Below the pieces are notes generated by a model. It did no database searches and had not been told where the DNA came from. It was given only the letters and a program-made list of their open reading frames with translations. DNA of 30,968 nt, taken from NCBI GenBank assembly GCA_031362565.1, contig JANLSU010000117.1:1-30968 (forward strand), written 5' to 3'. Below are positions 25,600 to 30,968 of the stretch, in pieces. Source of the DNA: a bacterium (GTDB lineage Bacteria > Krumholzibacteriota > Krumholzibacteriia > G020349025). Position numbers and translations under genes: made by a program. Numbering within the stretch: position 1 is the stretch's first letter; each line of letters begins with the position of its first letter.

Positions 25600-26790
25600 A
25601 TGTATGGTGACGTTCAGAACGGGATTCGCAAGACGCTCGACGAGATCCGCGCCGCGGGGCTCTACAAGGAAGAGCGGGTCATCGAGTCGCCGCAGCAGGC
25701 GTCGATTGCGGTGCGCGGGCGCGAAGTCCTCAATTTTTGCGCCAACAACTATCTCGGCCTCGCGAACCATCCGGAGATCATCGCGGCGGCGCGGGCGGCG
25801 CTCGACACGCATGGCTTCGGACTCGCATCGGTGCGCTTCATTTGCGGCACCCAAGACCTGCACAAGCAACTCGAAGCGCGCGCCGCGCAGTTTCTCGGCT
25901 TCGAAGACGTCATTCTCTATACGTCGTGTTTCGACGCCAACGGCGGCCTTTTCGAGACGCTACTCGGCGAGCAAGATGCGGTCATTTCCGACGAGCTGAA
26001 CCATGCGAGCATCATCGACGGCATCCGCCTGTGCAAGGCGGAGCGCCGGCGTTACAAGCACGCCGACATGGCGGATCTCGAAGCGCAGTTGCAGGCGAGT
26101 GCGCCCAACCCGCGCAAGATCGTCGCCACCGACGGGGTCTTCAGCATGGATGGCGACATCGCGCCCTTGGCAGCCATCTGTGATTTGGCCGAGAAATACG
26201 GCGCGCTGGTCATGGTCGACGATTCACATGCGACGGGTTTCATGGGCCGCACCGGCCGCGGCACCCCCGAGCATTGTGGCGTGCAAGGCCGCGTCGACAT
26301 CTTGACGACGACCCTCGGCAAGGCCTTGGGCGGCGCCACAGGCGGCCTCACCGCCGCCCGCCGCGAAGTCGTCGATCTTCTCCGCCAGCGGTCGCGCCCA
26401 TACTTGTTCTCGAACACCATGCCGCCCGCCGTCGTCGCCGCCGGCATCAAGGCCTTCGACTTAATTGATTCCTCCACTCAACTACGCGACAAGCTCGAAG
26501 CCAGTACAAAGTCCTTCCGCGCCAGAATGACCACCGCGGGCTTCGACCTCAAGCCCGGCGTCCATCCCATCTGCCCGATCATGCTCTACGACGCCAAACT
26601 GGCCCACGCCGTCGCCCGCGACCTGCTGGAAGAAGGCATCTACGTGATCGGCTTCAGCTACCCCGTCGTCGCCCACAACCAAGCCCGAATCCGGGTCCAA
26701 ATCTCCGCCGCCCACGACCCCGCGCACCTGGATCAAGCCGTCGCCGCCTTCACCAAGGTCGCCCGCGCCCACGGCGTCCTGAAGAACTAG
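25600..26790 (+). CDS. kbl: Glycine C-acetyltransferase (2-amino-3-ketobutyrate CoA ligase)
   Basis: '[10 protein letters not shown]', '[10 protein letters not shown]', '[11 protein letters not shown]', 'NHASIIDG', 'TLGKALGG' (PLP Lys), '[10 protein letters not shown]', 'ARIRVQISA'. Confidence 0.97.
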   Translation: MYGDVQNGIRKTLDEIRAAGLYKEERVIESPQQASIAVRGREVLNFCANNYLGLANHPEIIAAARAALDTHGFGLASVRFICGTQDLHKQLEARAAQFLGFEDVILYTSCFDANGGLFETLLGEQDAVISDELNHASIIDGIRLCKAERRRYKHADMADLEAQLQASAPNPRKIVATDGVFSMDGDIAPLAAICDLAEKYGALVMVDDSHATGFMGRTGRGTPEHCGVQGRVDILTTTLGKALGGATGGLTAARREVVDLLRQRSRPYLFSNTMPPAVVAAGIKAFDLIDSSTQLRDKLEASTKSFRARMTTAGFDLKPGVHPICPIMLYDAKLAHAVARDLLEEGIYVIGFSYPVVAHNQARIRVQISAAHDPAHLDQAVAAFTKVARAHGVLKN

Positions 26791-26895
26791 CCCTACTGCT
26801 GCGTTTGTCCACTCGGTCGCGAGGGTCGAGTTGGGTCAATCAGTTATCAGCAGGGAGAGGTCATTGATCTCGAAAACCCCGAGGCCGGCTGGTAC

Positions 26896-27177
26896 ATGAA
26901 GATTCCTCTACCTCGGTTCGTTGCAGTGCTCATCGGGATCGTGCTCTGCGGCGCTGCGTGCGACGGCACTCACCCGACGGCGCCGTTAACGGCGCCTATC
27001 CAAATCCCAGCCGTGTCACTTGCGGGCCATGGATTTGCGGCTGTAGGCGCGATGGTTTTTCGAAACGGCGTCGGTACCTGCGAGGTGAATGGTGTCGAGG
27101 TGCCGGCGGTTGTCGATGACGTATCTCGCTGGCTAGACTCGAAATCGCACCGTCACCGCAGCAAGACCAGCTTCTGA
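26896..27177 (+). CDS. Small putative lipoprotein (possibly truncated or spurious)
   Basis: Signal-like N-terminus ending 'LCGAAC'; 3' end overlaps the convergent gene by 25 nt; weak RBS. Confidence 0.35.
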   Translation: MKIPLPRFVAVLIGIVLCGAACDGTHPTAPLTAPIQIPAVSLAGHGFAAVGAMVFRNGVGTCEVNGVEVPAVVDDVSRWLDSKSHRHRSKTSF

Positions 27178-29009
27178 GTCCGCATTTCATCATCGAATGT
27201 GAGACGTGCGAAGTACACACCCGACGCCAGTTTTTTCCCGTGAACGTCGAGCCCATCCCAGACTGATCGATGCTCGCCCGCATCTCGCAAAGCATCCACG
27301 AGCGTCGTGACGACACGGCCGCGCACATCGTGCACGACGAGACGCGCCCGACCTCTCCGCGGCAGTGCGAAGCGAATCGTGACTGATGGATTGAACGGGT
27401 TTGGCATCGCCGATCGCAGGACCAAAACCGCCGGCGCCAGCACCGGTCTCGCATCAGTAGGAATCGTCTGCTCGTCGCGGAACACGTCGTTGTGGTCTTC
27501 CGGATCCCCGACCGCGTAGTCGAAGTGCCATCCCACCACTTCGTACGTCTGCGTCAAGAGCGTCGCGGGAATCCCCAAGCGTGCGTAGCGGATCGGCATG
27601 GTGAGCGTCGCCGGGAACGCAACCGGCACCGGTACGACTTCCGCCGGCAGCGCTGGTGCGCTGGGCGTCGCGAATACTGTTCGCACGTGCGGCTGCCCCG
27701 AGCCGTTCGCCCACCAGACTTCGAACACCGGCGGCACTTTGCCGTTCTTCCACTGGATTACGACTCCGCGCACCGGATAGGGATGCTCGGCGCGCAGGTC
27801 GACGTTCACGAACACCGGGTTGACGGGATACGAACCGGCGGGGAACACCCAAGTCGCACCGGCGCCTGGGATCGTGCCGCCGGTCGACACGAGAGACGAA
27901 TTGGTGGTCACCGTGACTTGCCCGTGCGTCGTATGCGCGAAGTTCAACAGTTTTGAGACCCGGAAGAATCCGCTTGTATCCGCCCCGACGGGAATCGGCG
28001 TAGGGAAGAACAACGGCACAATGACCGTGCGGATGCGATCCGGGTCGTAGTCCACCGCTCCATTCGACTTCAAGTGGATCCCCCAGCCACGGATCTTCTT
28101 GGCCCCGATCCAGTTGGACCCGAGCGTCGTCAGGCTGCCGATGTCCGTGTAGCGGTGATCGTTGCTGATGCGCGATTGCGAAAATGTCGTATCGTCGGCT
28201 GCGATGCGACGCGGCTTGCCGAGATCGGGATCGCACTCTTCGATCGTCTCGCTGCCGCTGTTGCCCTCGACCATCGTCAAGTCGATGCGAACGACATTGC
28301 CGGCGGTATTCTCGAAGCGATACACGATCATCGAGTCCACCAACTGGCTGTGTGCATTGCCCGAACCGAGCCATGTCAACGTCGAATCGTTCCACCCTTC
28401 GAGCTGTTGGTACGCGCCCGGGCACGGACCGTTGATCCCGGGCTCGAAATCGGCTTGGTCCAACTCACTGCCGTCGATCCAACGACCGCGCGCCGTGAAG
28501 AGCTGGAATCCAGCCAGCGCCTCTTCGGTTTGGAACCACTCGCGTAGTTCGGTGGTGTACTTGACGTAGGAACTCGTGTGGTGCCACAGCGTCGCGTAGC
28601 CGCCAGGATACGGCAGATTCGACGCATTGGCCCAGTACGCGATGGTCTCGGTGCACCAGGCTTCCGCCGGACTCTCTACCGTCACGCTCGGGTACAACTG
28701 CTGCAGCAGTCGCGCGAGGGCTGGACTCGAGATCTGCTGCTGAACTTGCCAATACGGTTGCCCGCGGTGCCGGAAGCACGAACTCTTCGCACCCACGGTG
28801 CGAAGGGCGGTCGCCACAATGTCGCCGACGACCGGAACCAGCGGCCAGTCGCCGCCGCCGTCGACGTAGCAGGTGCAATTGGGAAGATCGACAGGTCCCG
28901 GGGCGGGGCAAGTGCAGACAGGATAGTCGGCGCTGGCCGGCACCGAGAACAGGAGCAACCAAGCGCCCAAACAACGCACCCACGTGCCCGTCGCACTTGC
29001 TGCTTTCAT
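27153..29009 (-). CDS. Secreted protein with divergent CHAP-like domain and C-terminal FlgD-Ig/T9SS-like domain
   Basis: GGAGGAG RBS; signal peptide ending ASA; 'AWCTETIAYW', 'HSQLV', 'MVEGNSG'; tail 'PNPFNPS...WDG....LASGVYF...KLVLLR'. Confidence 0.75.
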   Translation of the reverse strand: MKAASATGTWVRCLGAWLLLFSVPASADYPVCTCPAPGPVDLPNCTCYVDGGGDWPLVPVVGDIVATALRTVGAKSSCFRHRGQPYWQVQQQISSPALARLLQQLYPSVTVESPAEAWCTETIAYWANASNLPYPGGYATLWHHTSSYVKYTTELREWFQTEEALAGFQLFTARGRWIDGSELDQADFEPGINGPCPGAYQQLEGWNDSTLTWLGSGNAHSQLVDSMIVYRFENTAGNVVRIDLTMVEGNSGSETIEECDPDLGKPRRIAADDTTFSQSRISNDHRYTDIGSLTTLGSNWIGAKKIRGWGIHLKSNGAVDYDPDRIRTVIVPLFFPTPIPVGADTSGFFRVSKLLNFAHTTHGQVTVTTNSSLVSTGGTIPGAGATWVFPAGSYPVNPVFVNVDLRAEHPYPVRGVVIQWKNGKVPPVFEVWWANGSGQPHVRTVFATPSAPALPAEVVPVPVAFPATLTMPIRYARLGIPATLLTQTYEVVGWHFDYAVGDPEDHNDVFRDEQTIPTDARPVLAPAVLVLRSAMPNPFNPSVTIRFALPRRGRARLVVHDVRGRVVTTLVDALRDAGEHRSVWDGLDVHGKKLASGVYFARLTFDDEMRTQKLVLLR

Positions 29010-29157
29010 TTCGAATCTCCTCCGAAGTGCCCTGCGCGCTGGAGCTGTGCGACCTGGCCCCGACTATGGAAGCGCGGCGCCGATCACGGGAGCGGAGAGT
29101 CATTGCAGGCATGATGGCCCATCCGAAGGCGGATCGCAAGTGCCGTAGAGCGTGATC

Positions 29158-29172
29158 GCATCACGCGTGCCA
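29158..29172 (-). promoter_or_regulatory. Possible sigma54 promoter for the CHAP-like gene
   Basis: Minus strand TGGCACG-CGTG-ATGC, one mismatch to TGGCACG-N4-TTGC, about 150 bp upstream of the ATG. Confidence 0.45.
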
Positions 29173-29374
29173 CGACGAGGGCAAGAACAGACGAACTGCA
29201 TGCGCAACGTGATGCCTGCCGATGCGAGTGTTTCACCACCCCGGCTGAGTGGCCGCTCGGCGCTTCCAATGCCCCGGCGTCAGCGGTTGGAAAACCAGCC
29301 CTCGACGATGCGCCTCCCAGACGTTCGAACGGAGCGGATTCGACGCCGCGCCAGACGCGCCCCGAGCGTCCGTA

Positions 29375-29418
29375 GCGGCACCCCAGCAGCACCCCAGAGG
29401 CACCCCTCTGGAACCCCG
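29375..29418. repeat. Four degenerate 11-bp tandem repeats (ACCCC core)
   Basis: GCGGCACCCCA / GCAGCACCCCA / GAGGCACCCCT / CTGGAACCCCG; ACCCC at 29380, 29391, 29402 and 29413. Confidence 0.7.
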
Positions 29419-29687
29419 CAACGACGCGTAACTACCGGAAACAACGCGATTTGCGACGGCGGCATGGTACGTCGCTTGCTGTTTCTATCCCCGACGCAGT
29501 GTGTCCATGCTCGGACCTCCACGGATGGAGCTTCGCGGCCGGTCGTCGTCACCGTGCCAAAACGGTTGCGGCCGTCGAAGGTGTGGCTGCCGGCGGTGGG
29601 TCCTTCGGTCTTGTCGGAAACGAGCACCACCGGTCGATGACGCGCACGGCATCCTGCAACTCGCCCGCTACGCCGCCCGAGCGCCTC

Positions 29688-30823
29688 GTGTAGTGTCTCT
29701 AAAATAAATTGACAGAGCCAGGGAATCGTCTTATTGTGCAGCCATGTGGGATTCTGCTGCAGCAATTGAAGTCTCCTCCGACCAGCGGCGCATCCTCGAT
29801 GCGTGGGTGCGCGCCGGGAGTACGCCGCAGAGCGTCGCTCTGCGATCACGCATCATCCTACTGGCTGTCGAGGGTCTTTCCAACCGTCAGATCGCTCGGC
29901 AACTCGGCACATCGAGGCCCACGGTTCTACTCTGGCGAGAGCGCTTCCAACAGGGCGGCACGGACGCGCTGACTCAGATCGAAAAGGGCCGCGGCCGCAA
30001 ACGGAAGATCTCGGCCAAGAAAGTGAAGCAGATTATCGATGCGACGCTTCAGACCAAACCGATTGCGGCGACGCACTGGAGCTGCCGGACGATGGCCAAA
30101 GCCCAGGGCGTGAGTTCCGCGACGGTGCAGCGCATCTGGGATGCCCATGGCCTGCAGCCTCACCGAGTCAAGACGTTCAAGCTCTCACGCGATCCGCAAT
30201 TCGTCGAGAAACTGACCGACGTTGTCGGACTCTACTTGAATCCGCCAGACAAGGCGGTCGTGCTCTGCGTCGATGAGAAGAGCCAGATTCAAGCCCTGGA
30301 CCGGACCCAGCCCGGATTGCCGATGAAGAAGGGGCGCTGCGGAACGATGACGCACGACTACAAGCGCAACGGCACAACGACGCTCTTTGCGGCGCTCGAT
30401 ATGCTCGAAGGCAAAGTCATCGGCCAGTGTTTGCCGCGGCATCGGCACCAGGAATTCCTCAAGTTCCTACGTCGGCTCGATCGCGAGTTCCCCAAGCACC
30501 TCGATCTCCACCTAATCGTAGACAATTACGGGACGCACAAGCACGAGAATGTGCAGCACTGGCTGGCAAAGCACCCGCGATTCCATCTGCATTTCACTCC
30601 GACCAGTTCGTCGTGGCTCAATCTCGTCGAACGATGGTTTCGTGAGATCACCGGCAAACGCATTCGCCGCAGCGTGTTTCATAGCGTCAAGGAACTGATC
30701 GGTGCGATTGACGAGTACCTCGACAACTATAACCGCGATCCGCGACCCTTCGTGTGGACCGCGTCCGTCGACGCAATCCTTCGCAAGGTCGGTCGTTGTA
30801 AAGGCGTTTTGGAGACACTACAC
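29688..30823 (+). mobile_element. IS630-family insertion sequence
   Basis: 17-bp terminal inverted repeats matching 16/17 (GTGTAGTGTCTCTAAAA 29688-29704; TTTTGGAGACACTACAC 30807-30823); right flank TA supplies part of the transposase stop codon. Confidence 0.9.
29709..29737 (+). promoter_or_regulatory. Sigma70 promoter of the IS630 transposase
   Basis: TTGACA (29709-29714), 17-nt spacer, TATTGT (29732-29737); ATG 6 nt later with no SD sequence. Confidence 0.6.
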
Positions 30824-30826
30824 TAG
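29744..30826 (+). CDS. IS630-family DDE transposase, intact
   Basis: N-terminal HTH regions; 'LCVDEKSQIQALDR', 'THDYKRNGTTTLFAAL', 'IVDNYGTH', 'FTPTSSSWLNLVERWF'. Confidence 0.96.
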   Translation: MWDSAAAIEVSSDQRRILDAWVRAGSTPQSVALRSRIILLAVEGLSNRQIARQLGTSRPTVLLWRERFQQGGTDALTQIEKGRGRKRKISAKKVKQIIDATLQTKPIAATHWSCRTMAKAQGVSSATVQRIWDAHGLQPHRVKTFKLSRDPQFVEKLTDVVGLYLNPPDKAVVLCVDEKSQIQALDRTQPGLPMKKGRCGTMTHDYKRNGTTTLFAALDMLEGKVIGQCLPRHRHQEFLKFLRRLDREFPKHLDLHLIVDNYGTHKHENVQHWLAKHPRFHLHFTPTSSSWLNLVERWFREITGKRIRRSVFHSVKELIGAIDEYLDNYNRDPRPFVWTASVDAILRKVGRCKGVLETLH

Positions 30827-30827
30827 A

Positions 30828-30968
30828 CCCTGAACAAGCGTGATTCGCGGGCGCAAATAGTAGAAAGAACTCGAAATGCCCTGTCTGAGGGGATATGAAG
30901 GAGGTAGCAAACAACCCCACATCTCCATCAGGAGGGCATTTCAAGTGAAGAGAGAAAACCACAGGCGG
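30828..30968 (+). mobile_element. Probable left end of a second IS (IS1380-like guess), truncated by the window edge
   Basis: Lower-GC segment beginning CCCTGA; 10-bp stem 30873-30882/30933-30942 overlapping the AGGAGG before GTG 30945 (MKRENHRR... open to the edge). Confidence 0.3.

Noticed and set aside
1..30968. CRISPR array, tRNA, rRNA or a recognisable riboswitch
   Set aside because: No repeat-spacer periodicity or recognisable RNA gene motifs seen by eye; a covariance-model search was not possible.

Overview
GC-rich bacterial chromosomal window. Two secreted proteins end in an 'xPNPFNP...GxYF...KMILVR/KLVLLR' FlgD-Ig/T9SS-like tail, which suggests an FCB-related lineage such as Krumholzibacteria, Eisenbacteria or Latescibacteria (inference). 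Most genes concern the cell envelope or housekeeping: two lipoproteins, three GT4 glycosyltransferases, uppP, bioY, an asnB-type amidotransferase, a YprB/MrfB-like exonuclease, an S8 protease, a BshB1-like deacetylase, murJ and tdh-kbl. Accessory DNA comprises a lower-GC Panacea toxin-antitoxin pair, a REPIN-like inverted repeat, an IS630 and probably the start of a second IS. The most interesting unit is 15270-19894: SxtJ-like membrane protein, NodU/CmcH carbamoyltransferase, DxH-type SGNH protein, DUF5989/SxtK peptide and a GT. The peptide ends in FIYALF, matching the C-terminal FIYxxF tyrosine acyl-shuttle motif of DltX and AlgI. This suggests a carbamoyl-shuttle pathway for extracytoplasmic glycan O-carbamoylation, with no MBOAT in the operon (hypothesis). 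Also notable are a two-hairpin sRNA candidate (2120-2203, minus strand) and a phased 11-bp repeat that doubles as a G-quadruplex motif (29375-29418). All family assignments come from motif recognition by eye, not database searches.
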